Made by a program: the position numbers and the translations under genes. DNA of 62,094 bases, counting the filler. It is 10 parts of 10 records of this genome, joined end to end, with 100 filler letters (N's around TTAATTAATTAA, not from the genome) between each part and the next. Parts side by side here need not be neighbours in the genome. Positions count along the whole stretch, not along the records: positions 25,618 to 37,906 come from SRR7504441_4948; positions 38,007 to 43,574 come from SRR7504441_4949; positions 43,675 to 49,803 come from SRR7504441_4952; 7 more parts are not named here. The stretch is one strand, 5' to 3'. How positions within the stretch are numbered: the first letter of the stretch is position 1; every line of letters starts with the position of its first letter. The notes below the pieces were generated by a model, which saw nothing but the letters and a program-made list of their open reading frames with translations, made no database searches and had not been told where the DNA came from. Shown piece by piece: positions 33,079 through 43,739 of the stretch.

Positions 33079-34461
33079 ATGGAACGCAAGCGCCGGCGGG
33101 CAGAGAGGGACAACGACGTGCATCCGTACGGGGCCCAGCCGAGCGGGAACAAGCTGCTCGGGCCCGACGGGTCTGAGCCCGGGGCTGGGCCGCTGCTCGG
33201 GCGACTGACCGACGAACGGCTGCTCGACTTGCTGGCCGCGCTCACTCCGGGGGGGATGAGCCGGCTGGGCGGCACCTGCAGGCGGCTGTACGTGTTCTGC
33301 CACCACGAGCCGCTCTGGCGGGTCCGGGTGCTGTCGCGCCAGGCCGGACGTTTCCGTTGGGCCGGCAGCTGGAAGGCGACTTACCTCGAGTGCGTGTGTG
33401 GTCTGCCCGGCTGGCGGCACCGGCCGATCGCAGTGGACCGGCTGTTCTCGGACCAGCTGTACCTGCCGTGGCGGGCAGCGACCATGCCGATCGACCCTGC
33501 ATGGACTCAGGCGGACAACATCCAGCGGTGCCACCGGCCGTCGGCCGAATCGTTCCGCCAAAAGTTCGTCCAGCCCAACAGGCCGGCGGTTCTCACCGGA
33601 CTAGTGGCCGAGTGGCCGGCGTTCGGCAACTGGTCGCGCGAGTCGCTCGAGCGCCGCTACGGCGCCACCGATTTCCACGTGGCCGGGCTCGACATGCGGC
33701 TGAGTGACTACTTTGACTATGCCGACTACGCTGTAGAGGAGCAGCCGCTCTACCTGTTTGACAAGCAGTTCGCGGCTAAGGCGCCCGGGCTGGCTGGCGA
33801 GGTGGTCACCCCCGAGCCGTTCCGCGAGGACCTGTTTGAGCTGCTGGGCGAGGAGTTCCGCCCGGACTGGCAGTGGCTGATCATCGGACCTTCGAGATCG
33901 GGATCCTCGTTCCACCAGGACCCCAACGCCACCTGCGCCTGGAACGCCTGCGTCCGAGGGCGCAAAAAGTGGGTGCTGTTCCCGCCGCAGCAGACCCCCC
34001 CGGGAGTGCACCCTTCATCGGACGGTACGCACTTGCACTCGCCAGCAACCATACAGGAGTGGTTTGGCTCGTTTTATGAGCAGGCACAGGAGCTCAACCC
34101 GATCGAATGCATCCAGCACCCCGGCGAAATCGTGTTCGTCCCACGCCGCTGGTGGCACTGCGTCATCAATTTGGAGGAGACGGTTGCTCTGACGCAGAAC
34201 TTTGTGCCTGCGTGCTCTGCCAAGACAGTGCTCAAATATCTCCAGCTGCCGAACCCAATAGACAGGCTATCAGGGATCCCGGAGGAGCTCCGTGCCCAGT
34301 TCGCAGAGAGGTTTGAAGCCGTGGTCAAGGCTGCGAGGCCGGAACTATTAGTTAACGAGGAATCGCCATCGCTTTGGCAGAGCCTAAAGAGCGAGCCGCC
34401 CGCGATTGCAGGGGCTGCTAGCAGTGGATTCTCATTCGGGTTTGTGGCCGACGAGGACTAG
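33079..34461 (+). CDS. F-box + JmjC domain protein (JMJD6-related)
   Basis: F-box-like LGRLTDERLLDLL; JmjC motifs PLYLFD, GPSRSGSSFHQDPN and WWHCVINLE. Confidence 0.9.
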   Translation: MERKRRRAERDNDVHPYGAQPSGNKLLGPDGSEPGAGPLLGRLTDERLLDLLAALTPGGMSRLGGTCRRLYVFCHHEPLWRVRVLSRQAGRFRWAGSWKATYLECVCGLPGWRHRPIAVDRLFSDQLYLPWRAATMPIDPAWTQADNIQRCHRPSAESFRQKFVQPNRPAVLTGLVAEWPAFGNWSRESLERRYGATDFHVAGLDMRLSDYFDYADYAVEEQPLYLFDKQFAAKAPGLAGEVVTPEPFREDLFELLGEEFRPDWQWLIIGPSRSGSSFHQDPNATCAWNACVRGRKKWVLFPPQQTPPGVHPSSDGTHLHSPATIQEWFGSFYEQAQELNPIECIQHPGEIVFVPRRWWHCVINLEETVALTQNFVPACSAKTVLKYLQLPNPIDRLSGIPEELRAQFAERFEAVVKAARPELLVNEESPSLWQSLKSEPPAIAGAASSGFSFGFVADED

Positions 34462-34752
34462 GCTAATTTGATTTGGATGCATGGTGCTGGGCTTCTGCAG
34501 ACCCGACTGCAAAGCTCAAGAGACTTATCGGTTTAGAATCTCAATTTATTTACTTATAGTAGGAATTTCAATCAAACTCCAAACGGCGACGGCGACGCTG
34601 GAGACGAACCGCCGCTCACCAGCAGGTGCAACTTACTGCGTGTGGTATTTGTACGTACGTAAGTATTAATAAGTTCAATCCGGACATCATTCGGGCAAGC
34701 CACATTATGGAGGCGGAATCTAACGGCTTCGTTTGTGTCGGTCCACCCCGCA

Positions 34753-35531
34753 ATGAACGGTGCTGACAGTGCTCAGTTCGAGGGGCCGGGTTCGCTGGAA
34801 GCCCACGGCCTTTCCGTCCAGCGCGGGTCGTGCCCGGGGGCGGCGTGCGCCGCCTGTCTGGACGAGGTCGAGTGCGGTCTGCGCGTCATGCTCCAGGTGC
34901 CACGCGGGCGGCGGCTCGTGGTGTGCTGACTGCTCCCCAGCTCCCAGGCACCCTCGCCGGCGGGCCGCCAACCCGCCACTTCCTGCCCGTGGCCATCCGG
35001 CTCATCTCTGAGCCGCCCACCCACCGGCGGGACTTCCGGCTGGCGTTAGAGGCGGTCGAGCCGGTGCTGCGTCCGCTGCTCTCCAGGGCCGGCCCTGTGC
35101 TGCGCGAGCGCCTCGGGCCCGGGGCCGAGCTGATCGAGCTGACTGTCATTCAGAGTCTGCCCGGCGCCGGGGCGCAGGCGTGGCATGGTGACTCGGAGTG
35201 GTCCGCTGCCGGCCCTCGCATGTGCACGGTCTTGTTATGTCTGCACGATCTGCTAGAGCCCGCTCTCGGGCCCACCGGGTTTTGCCCGGACACGCACGCC
35301 CCCCGGTGCTTCCCCGACGGCTGCTGGGCGCCACCGACCGAGGCCGGGCTAGCGGAGCGGGAGCCGGTGTGGTTTGGGATGTGTGCGGGGGACGCTGTGC
35401 TGATGGATGCGCTGTGCTGGCACCGAGGCGGCGCCAATACCTCCGACAAGCCGCGCACACTGCTCTCGGCCACATTTGTTCAAGGCACGGCAGGCAAGCC
35501 CGACGGCCTCATGTTAGACGATTTCTTATGA
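34753..35531 (+). CDS. Phytanoyl-CoA dioxygenase (PhyH)-family 2OG-Fe(II) oxygenase; intron 34897-34940
   Basis: QAWHGD, GPTGFCPDTH and GDAVLMD...WHRGGANTSDKPR motifs. Confidence 0.82.
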
Positions 35532-35759
35532 GCCGCGCTCAATGTACTAGTACTTGTAATACTTTTATACGTATCATCGTGGCCTTGCAGGCTCATAGCA
35601 AGCACAACACTCAATAACCACTATTGATACTCATATTTGCATACAAGTATAGCCTTTGTTACTTTGCACATACCCACTAGAGCTACACTAGAGCTGTGCT
35701 AGGGAGACAAACGTTGACACGGACTGTGCATACAACACCTGTTTGCGACCTGCGAGTCG

Positions 35760-36292
35760 GGAAGTTCGTTACTCGGAGGTGCTGCACGCTGGCGGGGGGC
35801 CCTCCCCACGCGGCGGCCCCGCCCGGCCAGTTCATCTTGCTGAATGGACCCTCCGGCGACGAAGCGCCTGCCCTCTCCCGGCTGCTCCACCGCGCCCGCG
35901 AGCCGGTGATCTTGCTCCAGGGTCCCTCCGAGGCCGAGCAGAGCCCTGCGCTCAGCCGAGCACTCCAGAGCCCCGGGAGCCACCAGATGCGCCTGGGCGA
36001 ACTGAGCAGCCCTGATGGCCTGGCCACTGCCCGCTGCTTCAGCGCCAGCTCTCTGGCCGCACCCGACAGCCCGCCCGCCCCCCCATTCTCGTCGCTCGCC
36101 ACTGCGCGCTGTTTCGAGGGTGGGAGCCGCCGGCGGGCTGAGCGCGCCAGTTGCGAAGGGCTCACTGTCGCGGAGCTCGGCGCGGCCTTGGCAACAGTTA
36201 GAGTGGCGCTGCGAGCAAGGCCCGCGAGCCCGACGCCACGGCAGCCGGATGAGACGAGCAAACCCGTAAACATATCGGGATCCGTGCGGTGA
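35760..36292 (+). CDS. Hypothetical protein with internal repeats; start not identified
   Basis: Duplicated peptides ILL(N/Q)GPS...PALSR and LATARCF in one frame; stop followed by AT-rich DNA; no in-frame ATG seen. Confidence 0.3.
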
Positions 36293-36530
36293 TCAGTGCG
36301 GTGAGTGCATTAGATCAAGGACATCGGGCGTGGGATGACTCCGCTCGATGACCGCCATGTAGAGATATTGTAACAGGATTGCTGTCATTGAATTTTGCTC
36401 CAATCTCATAGAAAAAATAACACAGCTACGTCTAAAGGAGTCAGGAGCTTGCTTACACAACGAACGAACGGACCAATAAGCTCTCTAAACGTCTAGGGAA
36501 TCTTTCCAGCATAGCCGGCATCCTCCAAAA

Positions 36531-37906
36531 TCAATCAGCCAGGTTCCCAAGCAGGAGGCTCGCATCGTTCTGGCTCGGCGTCAGCCCAAAGGACAGCTGC
36601 CTATCCGAGCCCTTTTTGCCGTCTTTCGAGGCCCGGCTACGCTTGGGTTGGGCCGGCCTGAGAATCGCCGTCAGCACGCGCGCCAGCCGGCCGGGGCACC
36701 TGTATTCCTCTGGCCTAACGAACATGGTGCCATAGAATTCGAGCTGATACGCCACGCCTTCCACTTGCACCTGGCCACTGCTCGGCCAGAGATCGAACAC
36801 CGGCCGACCTGATACTTCTTCTCCGTCTTGCCCAGGACAAACGCCGTGCGGCCCTCGTACTTGCCTCGCGTTAGCTTGACCGTCTGGCCAATCCAGTCGT
36901 CCTGCCGCTATCCGTCACAGGCCCAGCTGTGCCCCGCCCGCACCCCGCCAGAGGTGTTGTTGCCAGTCCTCGACCCCTTGCTGCCCGCCTGCGACTTCTT
37001 CTCTTTGTGCGGCCTCTTGGCCTTGCCGCCTGGATCCTGCTTATTATAGAAGCGCGCGCAGGACCACCTTCACTGCTTCTTTTCCTCTTGTCCCCAGCAG
37101 CCGGTGGCTGCTCCTCCGGCTCCGGTTGCTTCTCCTGGGGAAGCTGCTGGTTGCTACTCGACGCGCCAAAGTCCACTCCGAGCAAGTCTGCGCGCGGCCT
37201 GTCAGCCGCCGGCCATGTCAGCCGGCTAAGGACCGGCTATATTGAAGTCTACAGAGTTGAGCAGAGAGTCGGCCCTGATCAGGTCGGTGCTGTTGGTCTT
37301 GCCGCCCAGCTGCTCCTTGGACACCGATCGAGTCAGCCGTGTGTCCGACCCTGCCCGTCCGTCAGCCTCGGGCGGCGCCACCTCTCGGTGCTAAATCGGG
37401 CGCCGGGCAGCGGAGGGGGCGGGGGGCGGCCCGGAGGGGGTGCGGGTTCGGGCGCCGCAGGTCGATCAGATCAACACACTGCTGGTGCTGCGCCATTGGG
37501 CCGCGCCCGGGGCTCGGGCAGCGGTGAGGGTTGCGACCTGAGGCCTCCTTCTCTTTGCCCTTCTCTTTGACCTTGTCCGAGACAAGCGTGTGCAGGCACT
37601 CCTTGGACTTGCTGCGGGTGAGCGGCTCCTCGGCCATCCGGCCCAGCAGTTCCTTGGAGTCGCTACGCATCAGCAGTGTGTTGATCTGATCGACTGAGGG
37701 CGCCCGTACCTCCTGCTGGGCCGCCCCGCTGAAGAAGCCGCCCTTGCCGCCCTTGGGGGTTTCGAGCTCGTCGGGTCCCCAGAGCCCGGTGAGCTGCTTG
37801 GCGAACGTCCCGAAGGACAGCTCCCGCTTGAGGTTCAGGTCCACCATCCTGACAGCCTGCCCGAACCTGCGCGCCGGCGCCTGGTGCAACGAGTTGTGAT
37901 CAACTT
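36531..37906 (-). CDS. Hypothetical protein with RSxSKE repeats and a KOW-like domain, multi-intron, 5' truncated
   Basis: Repeats MRSDSKE, LTRSKSKE and LTRSVSKE; KOW-like WIGQTVKLTRGKYEGRTAFVLG; includes the 187-nt intron 37351-37537. One junction near 37040-37070 could not be phased with canonical sites. Confidence 0.6.
37445..37710. repeat. Exon-intron inverted repeat: arms 37445-37488 (intron) and 37667-37710 (exon), 24-bp perfect core
   Basis: 37461-37484 GTCGATCAGATCAACACACTGCTG is the exact reverse complement of 37671-37694. Pairing extends through 37445-37456/37699-37710 (11/12) and 37486-37488/37667-37669. Confidence 0.95.
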
Positions 37907-38006
37907 NNNNNNNNNNNNNNNNNNNNNNNNNNNNNNNNNNNNNNNNNNNNTTAATTAATTAANNNNNNNNNNNNNNNNNNNNNNNNNNNNNNNNNNNNNN
38001 NNNNNN

Positions 38007-38526
38007 CTTCCAGGTCCAGCTCCAGCAGCGTGGTATTCACTCGCAGCATCGCCGCTAGTGCCGCCGCTCCCTCGTCAGCGATGCTGTTGCCCCGCAGATC
38101 CAGAACCGCCAGGCTGCTGTTCGTCAGCAGAGCCTCCGCTATCATGCGCGCCCCCTCGACCCCGATGCCGTTGTCTGGCAGCGTGAGCACCTTCAAGCTC
38201 GTATTCGACTTCAGCATCTTTGCCAGCGCCGTCGCGCCAACATCGCCGATCCGGGCTATACCAAACAGTCTGCCCAGGTGTAGCTCCTGCAGGCTCGAGC
38301 TGTGCTCAACCGCCTCCGCCAGCGCTGTTGCCCCGAGGTCGCCGATCTGGTTACCAAACAGATTGAGCTTGAGCAGGCCGGAAGCGGACCGCACACCCTG
38401 CGCGAGCGCCACCGCACCGCTGTCACCCAGAGGGACCGCGTTATTGCGGCCAGCTTGGTCGCATTCCAAGTTCAGCTCCGACACTTCAGCTCCGATGCTT
38501 CCCAGCTTGGTCGAGTCCCACTTCAT
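38007..38526 (-). CDS. RI-like leucine-rich repeat protein (NLRC3-type repeats), truncated
   Basis: Repeats LNLFGNQIGDLGATALA and LDLRGNSIADEGAAALA. Confidence 0.85.
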
Positions 38527-38621
38527 CCTGCCGAGCTCGCCCGCGGGACACCTAACCTATCGGCCGCCACTGCCAGATCCAGGCCGTGCCAACCGTTCTG
38601 TTGAGCAACGGAACTGTCTCG

Positions 38622-39069
38622 ATGGTTGTGCAGGCCCGGGTCCGGCTGGCGTCGGCGCACCGCTCGGTGCGGCTCGCTCACTCGCTGTCGCTGCTCGGGC
38701 TGTGCCTCGGCCTGGCGCTGGTGCCACACCCAGCCGTGCAGTGCCGAGCCCTGGGGGCTAGGCTGTGCTGGCCTCCGCAAGCTGGCTCACTCTCGCCTGT
38801 ATCGTCGCCGCTGCTGCCCTCTGCGCCAGACGCGGTGCGCAGTCGTGCGAGCCACCGATTTGATGGGTGCAGGGGCGCCGTGGGTGCACGCTGCGATTCC
38901 TACAATCCTCCAGCGCGACAACCCCCTGAGCGAGCGGGAGGTGACCAGCGCGCCGGTGGGTCTTTTCGGCTTGGATCCGATACGCTTAGGCCTGACGGAT
39001 GCTGCTTTGGAGGAGTGGGAGGTGCACCACGGCCGCTGCGGCTGCCGCCATCTTTCGGCCTGTAGGTAG
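38622..39069 (+). CDS. Small hypothetical membrane protein, two introns
   Basis: Splicing two ~40-nt GT-AG introns gives a hydrophobic hairpin followed by APWVHAAIPTILQ...; CAACGGAA lies just upstream. Confidence 0.45.
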
Positions 39070-39477
39070 CACTGGAGAATCTCGCATTCGCCTGCACGTA
39101 TGGCAAGAGCAACTGTCTGACCCGTGATATGTACACCGGTGCGGGCCGGCCCGATCGGGCTCAACCAGGGCGTCTCTAGGCGAGCTCTCTCTCGGCAAGA
39201 TTGTAGCTCTCGTGGGAGACAAGCTCAGTCAAGGTATTGCCATTAGGTCCCGAGCTAACACTGTAGCTCGCAGGCACTGTGGCCTGCCGTTGAAACATGT
39301 GGCTTGCATTGCGCCGGTACACGTGTTTCCTAGCCTAGATTATCGAGTATTAGACAGTGTCCTAAATGGCACTATTGTGGGCTACGATGAAAATAGAGAG
39401 ATAAATTGTGCATGTATTGTGCATGTGCGTAGCATGTACGAGCAATCAGACTCTATAGCCATGTATAGCCATCAATA

Positions 39478-40584
39478 CTATACAAACCAGCTCTCCAAGA
39501 ACGCATCGAGCGGCATGTCCGCCACCGCCAGGCCCAGCCCATTGTCATAGTGTTGCTCGCCCCAGTTGAAATACATCACCGTCTTGTTCCCAAACTCACA
39601 CAGATCTAAGTCGCTGCTATTCACATCATCCACTTTCTCATAAAAGCTCTTCAGCTTGCTCATCAGCCCATACTGCGCCGGCGTCAGCCAGCCTCCCGCT
39701 CGCCCGTCGGCCGGGTCCCCTGCCTGCTTGACCATGGGCGCCACAGCCTGGTCGCGTGTCCCGTTGGGAGCAAGCATCGGAGTGCCTACACTAGTCGTGC
39801 TGCCCATACCCGGCGCAGGTCTCCAGCTCTTGAGGTCTCGACTGCGGTAGATTTCACTGAAAAAGTACCACGAGCCTGCCGGGTCGCGCCGAGCGCTCAG
39901 GCAGTACCACCAGCCGTTGCTGTATCGGATCGTAGGGTCTGCGTGCTCTGTTTCAATCGGCATCCTGAAAATCGCATCGTCCAGCACGGTCCACGGCCCG
40001 ACGGCCGACGGCGCGGTGGCGAACGCGGTATTCCAGCTCCCAGGGGTGCCGGCCAGAGCGGTCTCGTATGCCATCACCCAGACAGGCTTGCCGTCAAGCA
40101 CTCCCCGCCCGACGGAGGTGTTGAATACCTTCTTCTTCAGCTTGCCGAAGTCGATGGCCAGCTTGCTGGCCCAGCTCTTCATTCCATCCGTTGACCAGAA
40201 CACCGACACGCTGCTCCCGCCACCGGAGCTGCTCGCCGACGTCGCCCAGGCGTACACGGTCTGCGAATCCGCAGCATACGCCGCGCACCCCAAGGCATGA
40301 TCTATCCCGAATCCAGGAGTGGCCGCGCCGGTGGCCACGTCGACCAGCCTCAGATACGAGCTGCCGGCTGGCCCGAGCGATTGTGTGTTGGCCCAGTATT
40401 CGGGCCGGACTGACTCGAACCTGTACAGCCTGCCCTCGATCACTAGAGGGGTTGTCTCGACCAGCAGCAGGTCCACCGTGCCCAGCACCCGCACTGCCGG
40501 CCGAGCTGACCCAGGCTCGACGGACAACCAGCTCGCCAGCAGCAGCACCGCGGCGGACGAGCGGCTCAGCCGGCCGATAGACAT
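39478..40584 (-). CDS. Secreted beta-propeller glycoside hydrolase-like protein
   Basis: Signal peptide; ETTPLV, HADPTIRYSNGWWY, YRSRDLKSW and NSSDLDLCE motifs; intronless. Confidence 0.6.
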   Translation of the reverse strand: MSIGRLSRSSAAVLLLASWLSVEPGSARPAVRVLGTVDLLLVETTPLVIEGRLYRFESVRPEYWANTQSLGPAGSSYLRLVDVATGAATPGFGIDHALGCAAYAADSQTVYAWATSASSSGGGSSVSVFWSTDGMKSWASKLAIDFGKLKKKVFNTSVGRGVLDGKPVWVMAYETALAGTPGSWNTAFATAPSAVGPWTVLDDAIFRMPIETEHADPTIRYSNGWWYCLSARRDPAGSWYFFSEIYRSRDLKSWRPAPGMGSTTSVGTPMLAPNGTRDQAVAPMVKQAGDPADGRAGGWLTPAQYGLMSKLKSFYEKVDDVNSSDLDLCEFGNKTVMYFNWGEQHYDNGLGLAVADMPLDAFLESWFV

Positions 40585-40645
40585 GCTGAGAGGACGGCCG
40601 GAGTGCTGGAGTGGAGTGGGGGACCTTGCGGATTGGCCGGTAAAT

Positions 40646-40653
40646 TTCCGTTG
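40646..40653 (-). promoter_or_regulatory. YAACGG motif in divergent promoter, flanked by CCAAT boxes
   Basis: CAACGGAA between ATGs at 40584(-) and 40713(+); ATTGG at 40632 and CCAAT at 40681. Confidence 0.55.
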
Positions 40654-40712
40654 AGTAGGAGGCCCGCGGCTGGCGGCAGGCCAATTCAGAGCTCCAGGCC
40701 AAGCGCGGCGCG

Positions 40713-41967
40713 ATGGGCAATATCATCGGGCGGGGGCGGGGCGGGTCGCAGTGGTGGGTGGCCACCCTGATCGCACTCGACGTGCCGGGTGCGCCGCGCC
40801 CGGGGCGGCCGCTGAGCCGGGGGCAGCCACGCTGATCTTGATTAGCTGGGTGAACGGAGTGACGCTGGAGGAACTGTTCGACACCTATCCGGAGAACCGG
40901 AACTTCCACACGCACAACCTGGACGTCATAGTGCGCCGCCCGCCCGGCCCCGCGGTCACCCTCCGGCAGTGGGCAGCCTCCGGTCGAGTGCTGCTCTTCA
41001 CGGTCGCCTACAGCCTGCTGCGAACCATCAGCTACATCCCACTGATGGTGCCTCAGCCGCTACGCACTGACCGACCGGGCCGGCAGCTCGGGTGCGGGCT
41101 GTCGCTGGTGTATCTCGGGCTCAAAGCCGGAATGACGTTTGGCGACATCCAAAACATGCAAGGCGGGAGCGGCAACTTTGCGGTGCTCGGGCTGCAGCTG
41201 TTTCTGGTGCTCAGCCAGAGCCTGCTTCTCCGGCGACGGCTGATCAAGCGGCGGATTGAGGACTTTGAGGCCATCGCCGAGGCCGAGCACAAGGCTGACC
41301 GGCTGCTCGAGCGCGGAGAGGTCTTATTCCCGCAGGGCGGGCTCGCAGGGTGCGATTCATTGTCAGAGAGCCCAGGGCGGCTGACCCCTGAGTCGGCGGC
41401 CCTACCGAACATGCAGGTGCCGGGTGAGCGGGGGGGGGCGCTGACTGGTGGGTAGTTGTCTGGTGCGGTGAGGCTGGTGCCGGAGATCTCGGGTGTGTGG
41501 CGTCATTCGTACGATGTGAGCGCCGGATGGGACGGCTGGGCTGATCGGAAGGCCAGGACGAGCCGGCGATAGATGCCATGCTCCAAGCGGCCGATGTGGG
41601 GTTCATCAAACGGACGCTGTTCAAGAGCTTTCACCCCACCTTGATTATTAGGCAGCGCGGGGAGAGATTTCATGTAGTGTTTCACGGCGCAGTGGGCACC
41701 ACAGAGACTGAATATTCCTTGGGCGAGCGGTTCACGCAACAGGACAACACTACTGACCAGATGGTCACGTTTTGCACTCGAATAGAGCAGATTCCTGGAG
41801 AGCCTTGCAAGCTGCATCAATACAACGAGGCCTCGCCGGCGCGCGGGCTGCGGCGGTGGACGGAGTGGCAAGGCGGGCGGCTGGTGCTGGTGGAAGAGGT
41901 GGAGGACGGCAAGGGGAACCGGGCCAAACGGTACTTCCATAAGGAGAAAGAAGCCGCACGGCTCTGA
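40713..41967 (+). CDS. Membrane protein with C-terminal FABP/lipocalin-like domain, multi-intron
   Basis: Hydrophobic N-half; IDAMLQAADVGFIKR...PTLIIRQRGERF...KRYFHK resembles the FABP pattern. Confidence 0.5.
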
Positions 41968-42014
41968 CGATGCAAGTACTCGTATGACAAAATAAATAGT
42001 TCATTTAAAGGTGA

Positions 42015-43006
42015 TCAATGAACGCAATTGTTCACGGCTTTCCCTTTGCTCCCCTTTGCTTTACCGCCGCCCCGGTACGCCGCGCCCTGCGGATCCAGTT
42101 CCGAGGCCTCTAGATACACTGGCTGGTCGGCCATCTGCGCCTGGCCTTCGCTCCAGAATAACGGATCCATTAGACACATGGCCTTCTCGTCCAGCATCAC
42201 GCCCTCGTCCAGCTTGCTCAGCTTGGCGCGCACCGGCATGAACCAGACCCTCCTGAGCTCGGGTGCCTCCAGCTGTACAAACACGCCATCCTGCGCTCCG
42301 AACCCCCACATGCTCTTCGGCTTGCCCTCCCACACCTGCGGGAACTGCACCACCGCCCGAGGGATCACTAGACAAACGAACCCCAGCTGTCCCTCGAGGA
42401 CTTTCCGTCGCAGGAATCCCGTCCCCTGCTGCAGCTTATCGGGCGCGCTCCAGGCCTGTTCGATCCCCACGAGCGAGTCCTTTAGTTCCGGGAAGTAGGC
42501 CGCAGCCTCGGCTTTCCCGTCAAAGTTCCGTTGGAGCAGCGCCATCACCGCCCGGGCGAACTCGGTCGGGTCTGCTGTGGTCTTGAGCGTCAGCTCCGGG
42601 TCGCTCGCCGCCAGAGCTGCCCACACCTCCATCCACGCCCGGCCGGGCGGGTTCACCTGGATCGATCGCCGCAGCCGCACCGAACGCCTCGGCCGCCTGC
42701 GTCCGATCAGCCCGCCCGGGGCTCTCGCACCTCGCTCAGCCTCTCCAAGGCTTGGAGGGCCTCGCCCCGCCGGTGGTGGCCCTTGGCGCACTCAGGGTGT
42801 GCAGCCAGGCAGGCGTCGGCGTCGGCGAGGGCCTTGGCGAATTTGTTGAGCTTGAGGAGAGCGGCCGATCTGTTGCAGAGAAGCGCCGCATGCAGAGCGC
42901 CGTCCGGCTGCAGCTTGAGCCCCTTGGTGAAGCAGGCGGCCGCCTTCAGCCACTCGCCCTCCTGGAACAGCCGATTGCCTTCAGCCTTCAACTCCTCAGC
43001 CGCCAT
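42015..43006 (-). CDS. TPR-repeat protein, two introns
   Basis: AEELKAEGNRLF...CNRSAALLKLNKFAKALADA...KGHHRRGEAL TPR motifs. Confidence 0.8.
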
Positions 43007-43089
43007 ACGCCTTCAACTTCCCAGCGTCGCCGGCATGCCTGGCGAGCTGGACGTTGGGACGAAGAGGCAACAAAGGGCAACACTTCGTT

Positions 43090-43574
43090 ATGGAGGTGTG
43101 TAGATCTAGATCCCTCTGTTGCTGCGCGGACCGCGGGTGGGCAGGGCTGTAGCGTGGAGGACCACCTGACCAGCCCAGACTGCCCCGCCACCCTGATCCA
43201 GCAGGAACTGCTCACGCTGGCCGGGTACACCGCCGGAATTGTCTTGTGCTTCGTGCTCTGCGTCGGCATCTCGCCTGCTGACCTCGCAGGCAAGCCCCGA
43301 CGAGACTTTGCGGCCGCTTTGCTCTGGCTGCCGCTCACCCCAGCCCTGCTGTTCTACGCGGCCACTGCGGTGTCGGAGCTCGGCGGCAGCCTGGAGAGCC
43401 GGGTGATGGGGGAGAGCGAGGTGGGGATCGTGTTCTGCCACCTGTACATTGCGGCACAGCTGTTGGGGATCTGTAACGAGCTGCCCGGGCGGTGGAGCCG
43501 GGGGAAGATCATGATTCTAACCCACCACGTCTTCTCCATTATCGCCTGTACACTCCCGCTCTTCTTCACCCGCC
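43090..43574 (+). CDS. TLC-domain-like membrane protein, 5' part
   Basis: Hydrophobic helices with ILTHHV motif; truncated at linker. Confidence 0.5.
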
Positions 43575-43739
43575 NNNNNNNNNNNNNNNNNNNNNNNNNN
43601 NNNNNNNNNNNNNNNNNNTTAATTAATTAANNNNNNNNNNNNNNNNNNNNNNNNNNNNNNNNNNNNNNNNNNNNACCACAATTAATTTTAATGTACATAC
43701 TTTTCGCATAAAGGGCTTCGCCTAGCTCTTACCTAGCTC

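Noticed and set aside
37030-37075. Possible non-canonical (GG/GA donor) splice junction
   Set aside because: I could not phase it with GT/GC sites, but a single unphased junction could equally be a base error or my mis-modelling.
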